Shown one piece after another: positions 39,301-54,300 of a stretch of DNA of 64,000 nt. A program made the translations under genes and the position numbers. The DNA is from an uncultured candidatus Porisulfidus sp. Its GTDB lineage: Bacteria > Pseudomonadota > Gammaproteobacteria > Poriferisulfidales > Oxydemutatoraceae. Numbering within the stretch: the stretch's first letter is position 1; each line of letters begins with the position of its first letter. The stretch lies in assembly GCA_965215125.1 (NCBI GenBank), contig OZ244052.1, forward strand, positions 96,001 through 160,000. The letters are read 5' to 3'. Under the pieces are notes generated by a model. It saw only the letters and a program-made list of their open reading frames with translations. It was not told where the DNA came from and did not search any database.

Positions 39301-42300
39301 TCGGATACCGAGACCGGTAGTGGTTGCCGATGCCGAGATTACGGTTTCGTCAACCGCATCCGAAACTTCGCCGATGTAGACAGTTCCGGAATCGTCGTCG
39401 GGATCTGTCTCAAGGGTAATATTGCTCATTGCGAGAGCAAACCCTAAGGTCGTTCTATCCATTGCCGAGGCACGCGATACGGTCACGGTATAAGTTGCCA
39501 TCGGCACCTCGGTATCCTGTGCGGTCACCACGATAGTGAATACTTTATTCATTCCTTCGCCAATCGTAATCGGTAGATCCACCCGACGATTAGCGGGACT
39601 CGGGGCATTGCTCCCCTCTCTAATTGTCAGCGTTGCATACACATTATCGGCAACCGCAGTTAGGGTTGTATTCGCTATATCACTAGGCAGTTCTACAGAA
39701 TAGCGGGTTGGTTGATTAGCCACCGCAGGATCGAAACTAAATCCCGCCACCGCTTCGGACAACACTTCCAGCATACTCAACCGCGTATCTCGGCTCGGTT
39801 GCCGCATGATCGTCACCGTATAGGTCTTGCTCGTCTCGTTGTCCTGGGCAAGCACTTTGATTTTGACTTCCTTCGTTTCGCCTTCGTCTACGGAAATAGT
39901 ATCGTTTATACTACGCGTACCCAACGATACGCCGTCTACCGCAAGACCGTCTATGGTATAGCTTATAATCGTCGCACTACTATGCTCCACTTGCGCTTCC
40001 AAACGAAGCTCGGTTATTTTGTCGCCGACTATCGGATTAGCAATGCGATACACATAACTCGTGCTTGTTGCCAGATTGTCGAAGCTCGTCGCCATACCGC
40101 CGTCCGGCAATACCCTCAAAACACCCAAGTTGGCATTGCTACTTATTTCACGGGTCACACGCACCACATAGGTATTTGTCGTTCCGTCCGGTGCCGTCAA
40201 CAAAAATTCTATACGATGTTCTCCCAACGCCAAATTGCTAATCGTCGCTTGTGCAACCACTACACCCGCCCGAGTTGAGGTTGTGATGTTGCCGATCGTA
40301 TTTGCATCCGAACTACGCATATCAAAATCTACCAACTCGTTCACTTCGGCGAACAGCGTTATCGTATCCACACTCATGGGAATCCGTAGCGGCGGCGTCG
40401 GCTGCAGATTGTCACCCGAAAAATCTCTGCGCTGCGCAACACCATTCTCGTCTTGCCAGGCCGCACTCCAGCCGTACAACGAAACATCGTATGCGCGGAA
40501 AATCGTATAGCTTCGAGTACTACTGCTATCGGTTCCTTGCCATACTGCGGTAATCACATTATCGCTATAATCCAAGTCTATGCGTATCGTATTGCGGTCT
40601 TCCGCAAGTAGCATGCCGTTGATAAAGATGCTTCCGCTTCTGGTGCGCGCCGTCACATCAACATGATCGGTTCCGGTAGGCACGCGATAGTTTTGATCAT
40701 TCTCCATGAAAACCGGGCTCAAACCGTCGGCATCTAAAATCAGCACATCAAAGCCACCTCTCTCGGAACTCGGTGATATCACATCCAGTACCAATTCCGG
40801 CGATGCCGGCAGCGGTACGGATACCAGAGTATCACGATAACCTTGCTTGTCCGAGTAGCTTAGCAGTACTCTATAAAAATCGGCAATCGCACCGCCGACG
40901 GTATAGCTTATAGCCGTTGCACCGTCAATATCGAACCAATTGCCGTCCGATTGCCGCTGCCATTGGTAGCGAATGTCGTTCGGATCACCGGCACCGTCGG
41001 GATCCTCCGCCAACTGTGCGCGGCTCAGAGTCGCTGCCGTATAGGTCAAATCTACCCGCGTCGGTGTACTAATGCCACCGATAACCCCGTTATTGTGTTT
41101 GGCAACCTCAAACGATAGCGATTCGGATACGGTTAAATCCTCGGCACTGCGTACCGTCAACATCGCACTCACCGTCTCGGCGGAACGGTCGGCGGAGATA
41201 AAATCGTCACGCAGATAAAACGACATAGACACACGCCTCGCACCACCGACTACGGTGCCGGTGGTCTCGGTGCGGTCTAAAAGCCTCACTTGTCGTTCGT
41301 CCACCGTCCACTCGTAACTCAAATCATCGCCGTCGGCATTAGAGAGCTCGCTGCTTAGCGTAATAAAATGCCCTTCTCTAATCGGTACCGAATCATTCAA
41401 CGGAGCACCGCCCTCACTTTCCGCAACGCTGCGGCTAATAGTAGCTACATCGGGAATCGTGATGAAAGTCAAACGATATTCCACATCCAAATTTTCCTTG
41501 CCGGTTATTTCGTAGGCTTCGGATGTCGTTATGCGTACCGTCGTCGTAGTAGAAAAGTCGGGAATCAAATCGTATTCTGCCGAACCCGCCGACATCGGCA
41601 CACCGTTAATCGCAATCATCGCATCGGGATGGTGTGTCGCTGCGATGATCTGAATTTCGGAAACATCGCCGGCTACCGGCACGGTATAGTGCTCAACCAT
41701 CACGGCATCAAAATTATCCTTAAGCCTCGCCCCGGTAAAACCGGCAATAGAAAGCCGTGGCTGTAGAGGACCACCGAACCTGAATTGTAAGTCTTGCAAA
41801 CCTAAGCGCTGGCGAGGCAATATATTCCCGCAATTCGGAGACGGCGTGGCGGTGCCGCAAGTGCTATCGCGATACTTGAGTGCAGGATATTGCCCGATGG
41901 TGCCGAAATCCCACCGCTCGGCACTCCAGTTGTAATAGGCTCGTGTCGCGGTAGAGCTTGGCTCCGACGATTTCAGGATTTCGGAACTAAAGCCTATAAC
42001 ATCGTCGGACCCGCCGTCGGATTGACCGCTGCGTTCGGTATCCCAATAACTTCGTTGTATGCGCGTTGCGGTGCTAATGCCGTAGACGAATCCTCTGTTC
42101 GATACACCGCCGAGCATACCGATTGAATAGCTGTCGCTTATCACATTGCTACCCGCAGCGATACCGACCAAACCACCGATCGAAGTACCGTCTGCGACTG
42201 CGGTTGCGGCATAGCTGTTAACTATACTCGAAGTTGATGCTTGTGAACTTAAAAAACCGATCAAACCGCCTATTTGCCGACCTCGGCTATTTACGCTACC

Positions 42301-45300
42301 GAGCGCATAACTATTGACAACCGATAACCCTTGACTCATCCTTCCGACTAAACCGCCGTGAGCAGTACCGCTACCACCTTCTACATCACCGGCTGCATGG
42401 CTATTGGTGATATCACTGCTTACAGAATTTACGAAATCACCGACCAAACCACCGACACTGCTATTTCCCGTCACATTACCGATAGCATAGCTATTGTTAA
42501 TTCCTCCGGCACTAGCAAATCCTACCAAACCACCGACCCGACTCAGTCCGCTTACATCGCCGGTGGCATAACTACCTAGGATCCTCCCGCTGGAATTACC
42601 TACCAAACCACCGATTGCTTCATCGGTTCCCGATATTGTGCAATTTGCCGAGCTGTCTCTAACCGTCGAGAATACGGATAACGTACCGACCAAACAACCG
42701 CCATTGAAATCACTTGCAACCGTACCGCTTAGTATATGGCTATCGCTTATGTTACTACCTCTGAATGAACCGACTAATGCACCTGTGTTAAGGGCTCCGG
42801 CTACAGCCACTCCGGCTAAGCGAACTTGCCTGATCTCCGTAGCCCCTTCGGGCACGCGACCGAACAAACCGATATTGGTTGTGGTGCTTGTTATGCTCAA
42901 ATTAGAAATCGTATACCCGTTGCCGTCAAAAACAGCCGTGAAGTCGTCAATCGGATCCCAGTTATCCCATTCGCCGACATCGGCGGCGGCATCGCTATAA
43001 CCGGCAAGATCGTCGAAATCCAAGTCTCTCGTCAACTCATAACCTCGGCATGCGGACGGGCTACCGGGACAGCCGTTGTTATTCGGGGTAGCATCGGCAC
43101 TCGCTCTATAAGCAGTGCCGTCCGGCTGATAGCGGATGGCATTTAATTGCTCTATAAAAAAGATCTCTATCAAGCCGTTTCCGTCCGCATCCACCGTCCG
43201 TATCGCGTCATACGGTGGTGCAGCAGAGACGGCGGTGTTGGAATAGCCTTGTCCGTCGGTATAGCTAACCGACAGCAGGTACTGCTCGCCGAGTGCCTCG
43301 GCAAGCACTTTATAACTTGCCGTCGTCGCACCGGAAATATCAACCACTCTGCCACTGACTTCGCGTTGCCACTGATACCGGATATTGGTAAAGGGACCGC
43401 CGTCTGCATCGCTGATTTGCGAGGCAAAAAGAACATTATCCATCCAGTAGGGCGCGGCGATTTCACCGTCGCTATCGGTCTTGACCAGATTTATCGTTAT
43501 ATCCCTATGCACAGAAACATTGCGATTATTTCTCTTTGCGACCTCCAGTCTGAACACCGCTTGCCCGTTATCGGTAGCTCCAGGAAGCAAATCGTCTCGC
43601 ACCCTCAAGCTAAACCTCCGCCGCTCGCCCGCTGCCGACAGAAGTTCGGGACCGCTCGTTTGGCTCCATGTATAAACCAGCGATGCATTGTCTGCCGAAA
43701 AACTGTTTGCTGCATCCAAGCGTAGCGTATCTCCCTCGCTCAGCGTAATGATGTCTTGTGCATTGAGCACCGACAAAGCATCCTCGTTGCGCGCATATCT
43801 GATTACCGCCTGTGGCAAAACATCGTCGGTCGCCGTAGGTAGCGGTGCCGAACGTTCAAATGTCGGTTGCGTACGAGGCTGCCCGGGCAACATCGCCCCA
43901 CACCTCGGCAGCGATGTCGCAGTGTCAAAATCGCAAGCCGGGTCGTCTCGATCCACACCTTCGGTATATTTGAGTAATGCGTAGTGTGTGTTGTTGCCGA
44001 AATCCCAAATATCGGCATCCCAATCTTCATAGGTCGTGCAGCTTCCGGTATTAGGTGCCGAAGCCGTGTTGATCGCAACAGAACAGGTTTGAGATGCATT
44101 CGGTGCCGTAGGATTTGTTAGTCTACCCATCAATCTCCGGTTATCTACCAAGTCCGGCCGCGTCACCGCATATTCAAAGAAGTTTTGATTGCGGGCACAG
44201 ATATAAGGGTTTCCACGCCAATAGCTATTCGTCGGTACACCGACTGTGCTGTCGGGGTCGTAGTTCAACAAACCGGCTACATTGACCTGAATCGCGCCGT
44301 TGTTTGTCGTGACAATGCCTCTGGGGCTATAATTCGGCCGATTGCACTGAGGCACCGATATGCTCCCGATGCCTGCTACTGCCATTAGTGTCGTGTTCGG
44401 TGAGAACGCACCTTGTATATACGCTCTACCGTTGACATAACTATTCTCGATGATTGACCTGCCGTTAAGATGTACACCGACCAAGCCGGCGATATACGGC
44501 GTGGTGCATGAGATACCGCCGAGCTGCACAATGCTACCATCTCGCACATAACTATTTTTAATCTCGCTGACCGCATCGGAGGTGTCGGTTTCTTGCGACC
44601 CGACCAGACCCCCGACTACGCAATGCCCGACTATCGTACGTCCTCCTTCTCCATAATAGCTATTGTGGATCCTCCCGCCGTTGCGATTCCTACCGACCAA
44701 GCCACCGACATTGATATTGCCGTTATTCGATATATTACCGTCGGAGTCCTGTACACTCACATCGATATTTACATAACTGTTGAGTATATAACCCTCGTTG
44801 ACACCGACCAAACCGCCCAACATTCCCCTATCGGCACGGATCAGCGGGTTATCTACGGGAGCGGTGCCTCTGTCCACATAGCTATTTCGGACCACACCGC
44901 CGCGGCGCACCAAACCGGCGATACCGCCCACATTTTTAATCCCTGCCAAGCCTTTAATGCCGGGATTGCTAAGACCCAAATTTTCAATTTTCCCGCCCTC
45001 ACCGATCTCGGAAAACAAACCGATATTGACTTGCGTGCCGGCACTACTGCGGCTTATGTTCAGGCGGCTGATAGTATGACCGTTACCGTTGAATGTTGCG
45101 TTGAATACGCCGCCTATCGACTGCCAGCCTTGACTACTCGGATCGGTGAATGTACCGTCGGCTACCGTCCAGCTGTTATTCGTCACACCCGAGCGATAAC
45201 TCGTAGCGTCGTGGAAATTCAAGTTTCTAGTTAATTCGTAGCCGAAGCATCCGAGGCTCGGACAACCGCGAGTATCCAGATTGCCGTCCTCGGTTCTCCT

Positions 45301-48300
45301 ATAGCCGCTGCCATCCGGTTGATAGCGAATGGCATCCAAATCTTCCAAATACCGAACCTCTATCAAACCGTCGCCATCAAAGTCTATGTCCTCGGCGTTG
45401 ACGATGGAATCACCGTCTATATCGTCGGAGGCAGGCGTTGCGTCGACGGTAACGATACCGGATACGACCGCGTCGCCGAGATAACCTTGACCGTCGGTGT
45501 AGAAAGCAACAAGACGGTATTGATACACTATCGCCTCGTTGGGTACCGTATACTCCATGCCGCTACTCGTCAAATCTACATTAACCCAATCGCCGCCCGG
45601 AGGACGTCGCTGGAACTGTCTCTCGGTATTGCTAAGCGCGCTACCGTCGATGTCGCGCAGCATCTCGCTCACGGTAATTTTGTCGTTATTCAGTGCCAGT
45701 GTAATATCTCCCGTTATCGGTCCGTTATTCACTTTGTTGATACGCGCCGATATTTCTGTGCCGAGATAAACTTGAGGGTTGCCGTTATCGTCGTCAACCG
45801 AGACTGCCAACCTAAACCGCACATCGCTGTGTTCGTCATCCGCAGCGACTAGATCGGCTTGCGGTGTCAATTTAAGGTTCAAGCTGTCGGCATCGGCAAT
45901 GTCCATGGTCGGGCCGGCGATTTGCGACCAGACGATATCCGAGCTGCCGGAATAGTTTCCGCTGATCGTAAAGGTATCGCCTTCGTTCAGGTTTATTGAG
46001 GCAACATTATCCAGACTTAGATCTTCACGAACCACATCAAAATAATATTCCATAAACCGATTGCCGTCGCGGATCTCCAGTGTGATTACTTGTGGACTGT
46101 TATCACCCAAAGTAATCGTATTGAAACCGGCAAAAGGACATCGCACACCGTCGCAATAGAGTGCGGCAAAAGTCGGTGTGGTGGCAAACCTAAGCGAAAG
46201 CGGCAGCCGGCTACTATCTGCATAGAGTCTGTATCTATTGCCATCTCTATAACGAAAGTCCTCGGTTATTGCGTTTGTTCGAGCTATCGCGACATTTTCT
46301 ACGCGTATACTTTCCAGTAGCGAGTCGTCCCATATCCGTGCTACGATGCGGCTGTCTGTCGTCTTCAGCGTCGGGTATTGTTTATCGGAACCGAAATCCC
46401 AATCGTCGGGATTCCAATTCGCATAAATATCGGTTGGTGATGTCGTCCCTTGCAACACTGCGGTGGTCCGACCAAGACCGAGGGGAGACAATCCGACATT
46501 GAGGTCCTGATCCCAATAGCTGTCCGTAACCGAAACGAGACCGGATGTCCAACCGACCAGGCCTAAAACGCTCACAACATCACCCGACCGGCGACCCGCC
46601 GCATAGCTGTCGGCGATATTCGACAAATCTAGGAAGCCGACCAAACCGCCGAATCCCTCAAATCGTATGTCGCTGTCGCCTAGCACGCAGTTTTGATTTA
46701 ACTTTGTCACATTGACCCTCGCATAGCTGTTTTCTATAGTACTAATAGCTTCCGGGGTGTTACGGTTCAACGAGTTATGCGCTCCGACCAAGCCGCCGAC
46801 CTGACAGTGCCCGGTCACCGAACCGACCGCATAGCTGTTTTCAATCTTTGCGCCACGCACATTGCTACCGACCAAGCCGCCGATGATGTTCTGTAGCCTT
46901 TGCGGTCGGTCGGAGACCAGCGAATGAATATAGGCATGTGCGAAGCTATGGCTAATCTCGCCGCCGTTATTCAAACCAACCAAGCCGCCGATTTTAGCCG
47001 CCGCAGCGGCAGTGTTGGGGGTGAGTGATGCCAATATCGTGCTACCGCTCACGCCGACATCGGATATGCGCCCTCGATTCTCGCCTGCCAAGCTACCTTG
47101 ATTTACGGCAACCACATCGGTATTGCCGGAACCCAGCGTATCGTAAATCGTGACATTTCTCAATCGTAGATTCTCAACTTCGGCATCTGAACCTAAGGTG
47201 TGGAACAAACCGATCGCATCGATGCCGTGCACACCACGCAGACTCAGATGGCGAATGTTATGGTTGTTGCCTCTGAACACCGCTTCAAACGGGTTGTCCG
47301 CGTCCGCTATCGGATGCCAATTCTCCATCCACTCGGCATTTACTATCCCCGAGCGATAGCTTGCAGCGTCGCGGAAGTTCAAGTTTCGTGTCAGTTCGTA
47401 GCCGCTGCATCCGGACACGGTCGCGGTGTTCGGACACCCGGCGTCAATCGCCAATAGCGTGCCGTCGGGTAGCGTCAGGGTGTATGCACTGCCGTCCAAA
47501 CTATAGCGCATCGCATACAAGTCTTCCAAAGTCTCAATTTCTATCAAGCCGTCGCCGTCGGCGTCGGCTAAAATTCTATCGGTATCAAAGCTGAAATAAT
47601 CTATCTCCAGCGTATATCTAAAAGTGTCTCCGGCACTACTAACCAACACGACGATCGCATCGTCAACCGTCGGGTCCAGCACAACCGGATCGCTCGTTGC
47701 ACCGTCGGCAACACTTATTTGGTTTCCGTTATAGGAAATAGTAATCAACGCATCGGGATCCATCGCTTGTGGTATTAGACGCAGTGCTCCTGTCACGCCG
47801 ATATACGCATTGAGACGATAGTACAGTCTTAAATTTTCAAATTGCGGTGACAGCTGTACACCGCCTAAAATCTGTAGATCGCTCAAGCCTTGAACCGCCA
47901 CATTGCCACATGTCGGCTGTCCGACACCACCGCATGCCGGATTGGCGCGATCATCGCCCACCGCATACTTAAGCCGTGGATATTCGTTGTCGGTGCCGAA
48001 ATCCCACACCGCCGTATCCCAATTCGCATAGATACCGGTTGCAGTGATCGGTGTTTGCAGCTGTTTTGTAGTTTGACCGATACCGCCGGCACTTCGCATC
48101 AATCCGCCGGTCTCTATGTCCCAATAGCTATCGACGACCTCGCCCCCGGTAGTATCGCCGATCAAACCGCCGCTTCCGGGCACATCGCTCACCGAGCCGA
48201 TGGCATAGCTATTGCGGATGTCACCGACACGATTACCACCGACCAAACCACCGATGGCGCGTCCCGCTAAAACGGCACCGAGCGAGTATGTGTTTGTCAA

Positions 48301-51300
48301 TGTACCGAAATTCAAGCCCACCAAACCACCGACACCGTTGACACCCGTCACCCTACCCAGTGCGTAGCTTGCTAAAACCTCTGCGCCGACTGCGTTGCGA
48401 CCGAGTAGCGCACCGACACCGTCGACACCCGATACGTTCCCGACCGCATAGCTGTTGACTATACGCGCATCAATGTTGCTTCCGACCAAGCCACCGACAT
48501 CGTTGCCACCCGACACCGAACCGCTTGCATGGCTGTTATAAATCTTATCGGTGTTATAGCCGGCCAAGCCGCCGATATGTTGGCTTTCGCCGGTGTTCGT
48601 GGCGGAACCGATCACTACGACCTGGGCAGAACCCCCGTCGATCAAACCGTCGTTCTCACCTACCAAACCGCCGAGATATTCGTTGCCCGTCGCTTCGCCG
48701 GTAGCCCTGCTATTCACGATAGAACCACCTAAATTACGGCCGACCAAGCCACCTACACCGCTTTTGCCGGTGACCGATATCTCGGACAGCACAAGGTTGT
48801 GGATCTCGGCAGCGGCGTCCAAATACGAGAATAGTCCGACATTGTTGCGGTTCGGTGCGGTGATGTTCAAACCGGTAATCTCGTAGCCCGATGCTCGATT
48901 GCCGTCAAAAATTGCCGAGAAGCATCGGCTGTTTGCATCGCTACAATCGGATATTGACGATGCCGTACTTCCGATCGGCTGCCAATCGCGACCGGACAGG
49001 TCTATATCCGCAGCCAACTCGTAGCCGATACACCCCCCCGCAAACCGACAACCTGCGGTGATTTTTTCGGTTGCAGTAGAAGTTCTATAGCCTCTACCGT
49101 CGAGCTGATAGCGCATTGCGTTTAGGTCGGTACGGGTGCGTATTTCTATCAAGCCGTCGTTGTCCATATCCACATCGTTTATGTTTAGATTCGGGTGGCG
49201 GGAGGCAATAAAGGTATATGTGGTGCCTTCGCCGGTGTTCCTGAGGGAGACTTTAATCTCCACTGAGGTAGGGACACCGATACGCGGCGTGACGGTGCCG
49301 CTGTCAAAGCGGCCCAAATTGTTATCATCTACCGATAAGCGATAGGGAGTGCCGCTATAGTAGGTCGGCGTGGTGTGGAATTGCGTTGCCTCGGCTTTGA
49401 GTATTAGCTTATAGTTATAGATTTGCGAGTTCAGTGCCGGTATCAGCTGCAAAACATCGTCCGAGAAAGCCAAATCTTCTAAGCCGAGGTATTGTTCGGG
49501 CAATAATTCGCCGCAAATCGGCAATCGTGACGACGAATCGGAAGCCGAACGGCATGCCGCAAGGCTAACAATCGCACTGGTGGCAGTAGTGTATTTGAGC
49601 CGCGGATACTGTAGCGAAGTGCCGAAATCCCATGCCTCGGGATTCCAATTTGAATATATCCCGATTGCAGTGGTCTCCGATTGCAGTTGCATAGTGGTTC
49701 TAATCGTTCCGATGCCACCGCCGTTGCGGACCCCGCTGGTATTCTCATCCCAATAGCTCTGCGTATTAAATACAACCGGGTCGGGTAAATTGATACGACG
49801 TGCCAAGCCTAATCCGCCCATCGAGTTATTCGCACCGATTGCATAACTATTTAGAATGTTTGCGATCCTTCCGGCGGTGTCGGGCGTATCGACGAATCCG
49901 ACTAAACCGCTGCCTAAGTTGCCGTTAATCGTTCCCACCGCATAACTATCGGTGATGAGCGGCGTGGTGGTACGACCCAGTAAGTCACCCGGGGTATCTA
50001 GCGTCCGTCCGACCAAACCGCCGGCGTATCGGGCAACCGCATAAACCGCACCGGCTGCATAGCTACCATCGATAATTCCTCGGTGGGTGTCGGTGCTCGC
50101 TAAAAAACCGACCAAGCCACCGGCATAGCGATTTGCGCGCACCGAGACATTGGCATAGCTACCGACGATTACACCACGATGAACCCCGACCAAGCCACCA
50201 CCGTGATCGCCGGAAGCACGCACCGTGCCGGTCGCATGGCTGTTGACGATTTCGCCTACACCTTGCGCCTCACCGACCAAGACCCCGACATTGCCGGCTC
50301 CGATAAGTTCTGCATTCAACACACCGATACCTCTAATCGTCGTTGCGGAGGTTACCCCGAACAAGCCGAGGTCGTCGGCATCGGGACGATTGATTCTCAG
50401 GTGAGATATCGTATACCCGTCGGCGACGAACTCGGCAGTGAACGGATTCTCGGCATCGCCGATCGGTTGCCATCCTTCGCCTCTGACCCACAACGGCATC
50501 GCCTGCCGTGCATCTACATAACTCGCAGCATCGAGGAAATCCAAATCTCGGATCAATTCGTAGCCACGGCAACCCTCGGCGGGACACCCACTGTTTATCT
50601 TGATCGGGGGTGTGTTTGTCTCTATCGCATAGCTATATCCGCTACCGTCCAAGCCGTGTCGTATCGCGTCCAGCCATTCCAAAGAATCTATTTCTATCAA
50701 ACCGTCGCCGTCTTCGTCGGCGAGGTTGACACCGTCCAGACGACCCACCAAGGGCAGACGCTCGACGACGACACGATATTCAAAGCGATAATTCGGCCCG
50801 CGACTGACGACCATAACAATCTCGGTATCGGCATCGACGTTCAACACCACCTCTGCAAGGTTGCCACCTTCCAGTACTAGCGGTGGTAAATCGTTATCGG
50901 CTGTAATCTCAATATCCGAGGCAAAACCCGAAGCATCGGTTGCAGTCGTAGCCAAACGCAGACGGGGTGTGTCGGAATACACCAGCACGCGATAGTCGGA
51001 TATATTTCGATCGAAGTTCGGAGACAGTGCAAAATCATCCAATACCGAAAATTCTATATCTATATGTTGCAGATAGTCCTCTATTTTCCAACTGATCGTA
51101 TAGGTACGGCTGGTGCTACCGGAGTCTACCGTGAGGCTTGCCGAGTCAACGCTTTCGCCACCGTACGGGTATATCTCCGGGGTACGGGTGTTATCGGCAA
51201 TGATCTGTTCGGTGTTGCCGGCCCGATAGGTGACGGTGTCGGTGTGGTAATAAGCGGTCGGCGTGGTATGGAACACGGTGATCGTATTGCCTGTCACCAA

Positions 51301-54300
51301 ACGATACGATGTCACATCGGAGCTGAATTCCGGCACCAGACTTACGCCGGTGGGTAATTCCAGCCCGATCAAGCCGCGACGGTTCTGATACGGCACCAAT
51401 GCGCCACAGTAGGGCGGGTCCGACCGATCCCTAAGCAAACGGTCGCGGCAAACGACCGCACGGTCGGCTTCCGGCAACCCTGCCGAAACCAGCGTATCGC
51501 AGCTTTGCAGTTGGGTATCGGTCGGCTCGGTGCACAAACCGACACCGTGATACAGCACCATCGGATATTGGTCGGCACTGCCGAAATGCCATCGCTCGGT
51601 ATCCCATCGAAAATAAACGACATTGGCACTACTATTTTGCGCCGTACCGGATTGCAATTCCACAGTCGTTTTGGCCGAACCACCGGCACTCACGGTTCCG
51701 GGTGAGACGGTATCCCGATCCCAATAGCTATTTAGAACCCGGGAATTATTATGCGCAGTGTTTATTAAAACTCCGCTCGTATAGCTGTTATTGATTAGAC
51801 CGGAGTTGGTGTAGACGAGACTGTCATCGGCGGTGTCGGCATCAGGAGGAATATGCGCATAACTATTGTCTACAACGCCCTCGGCATTATTAACCGAAGA
51901 CAAACCAACCGAAGATCCTAATGAGCCTCGATTAACAATCGTTGCAAAACTACCGCGAATAGTACCATTATTGGTGTGTACTAAAGCCGATGACCTTACA
52001 TTAGGTCTAAGATTATTTATATCACCGCCTGCCACACCGCTATTGACGATGCGACCGTGGTTTTGATGAACCAAAGCACCGAGGGTGCCGGCTTGTCCAT
52101 TGCTAAGGAAGGCATTTTCGGTGCGAGCATTGAAGATCGTACCGTAGTTGACGGTTGCCAAAGTAGCAATTCTGGCAATAGTTTGTCTATCCGAGCTAAG
52201 AAAACGAGCAGTTACATTTCTCAGATGAATATCTTCTATCCTTGCATCCGCACCCAGAGTTCCGAAAAACCCTATATCCTCCGAGGAAGGTCGGAGCATA
52301 GTCAGGTTGGATATCACATAGCCGTTGCCTTTGAAACGACCGTTGAAGCGTGCGGTATCGCTGCCTATGGATTGCCAGTCAATACCCGTCAAATCTATAT
52401 CGGCTGTCAACTCATAACCGCGACAGCCGATACGGCAATAAACCCGAGTACTAGTACTGCTTGCCCTATAAAAACGACCGTCCAAGCCATAGCGCATCGC
52501 ATTCAACTGTTCGGGGGTGGCAACATCTATCAGACCGTCGTTGCCGTCTATATCGGCAAAGTTTATCTGTTCACTCAGGCGCGAGACGCCGAAGCGGTAG
52601 CGATACGATCTGCGATCCTCGCCTTCTTCTACGACCACATCCAATAGCGTATCACCGACGGTGTCCAATGCAATCAGTGGTGTCGCAACGCCGCTTTTCA
52701 CTCTGAGCACTTCGGCATCGGTGGTCGTTTTATAGACCACAATATCGGCATTCGGAGCAAAAGCCTCGGCAACAAAGCGTAGACCTTGCCGGTCGGCACC
52801 GACCACAATCTCGTAATCGTTGAATGTCGCAAAATCAAAAGGTCGGCTAAGACCGGCATTCCCGAGTAGCTCGAAACGCTTCATCAAGCTCCCCTGATAC
52901 GGGAGTATCTTGCCGCACAACGGGTTGTCGTGTTGCTCGCTTCGACATTCCTCGGCGTTGTACTTGATCACCGGAGATTGACCGGCACCACCGAAATCCC
53001 AATCGTCGGCATCCCAATCGGCAAAAATATCGGTCATAGCTGTTCCCCGCAACTCGGCACCGCTCCTCGCTCGACTTGCCGGCACATCAACCATCGCAAT
53101 GTCGCGATCAAAATAGCTGTTTGCTATAATCCCGAGGCTATTACTCAAGTTTCCTTGCGCCACGCCCGCTCTGGTCATCAACATAGAGGCATAGCTATTG
53201 CCGATGTTCAAACTTCGTGCAGGGTTCGCTCCTAACATCGCGGTATTTGTCAATTCACTTTCGATCATTGTTTCGATTCTTCCGATCGCACGGCTGTTTT
53301 TGATTGATTCACTACCATCGGAATCGGCACCGGCCTGCACCAATCCATAAATATGAGTGACACGCGTTCGGTCAAGACTTAATGATCTCAAAGTACCGAT
53401 AAAATAGCTATTACTTAGTGAAGACCTGTCAAAATTATGTGCAAAAGGAGCTATGGTAGGTTCATTACCTACGCCGCTTAGCTCCCCGATCACATAACTA
53501 TTACGGATCGTGCTTCTCGTTAAACGGCTTGCCATTGCCACTGCCGTTCTTGCGTTTATATCCACATTGACTAAACCCAAACCGTCTATATCGGAGTTCA
53601 AAACATTATGAAAAAGTCCACGGGCGACATTCTCGTTGGTAAATCTTAAATTGGATATCGCATAGCCGTTGCCTTTGAATACGGCATTCGCTATGCTATT
53701 CAGACCCCAGCTCTGAACAGACCAAAACGGCCTATTCGTGGCCGGATCTCGGTAGCTGGCAGGGTCGTTGAAATCTAGGTCTCGCATCAATTCGTAGCCA
53801 CGGCATACACCACCCGGACAACCTAAGGTATTGAGTTCACCTCCTACTCTATAACCTACCTCGCCGCTGTCAAAATTGAAACGCACCATTGCCACATCTT
53901 CCAGATAATGAAGGTCCACCAAGCCATCGTTGTCGGCATCTATCGGTGTCTCAAGCCGGTAATCCAAATAGACCGTATAGCGCACCGTGCGAGTGCCGTG
54001 AACCTCTATGTCGACTTCGGTGGTGCCGTCGGCGTTCAGAGGAATTACACCGCTCGGTGCATCGCTGTTAATATTCTCGGATATTGGCGTATCGCCGATA
54101 TAAACACTATAGGTGGCAGTCGCTTCGCGTGTCGTGGCAACCAGCTGCACGCGCGGCGTATCGTTTAGCACCGTGGTGCGATAAGCACCGCCGATATCCA
54201 GTAGTGCGTCGTCGAAGGGTTCGGTGAGCTGTGCGTAGCGGGCGGTGAGTGCGCTCAAGCCGTAGCGTGTTTTGGGGGCAATCAGGGTGCCGCACACCGG

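Noticed and set aside
36617-40200. Possible CRISPR array or insertion sequence suggested by repeated DNA
   Set aside because: Units are 1344 bp, in frame and protein-coding; no short repeat-spacer pattern, cas gene, transposase or terminal inverted repeats.
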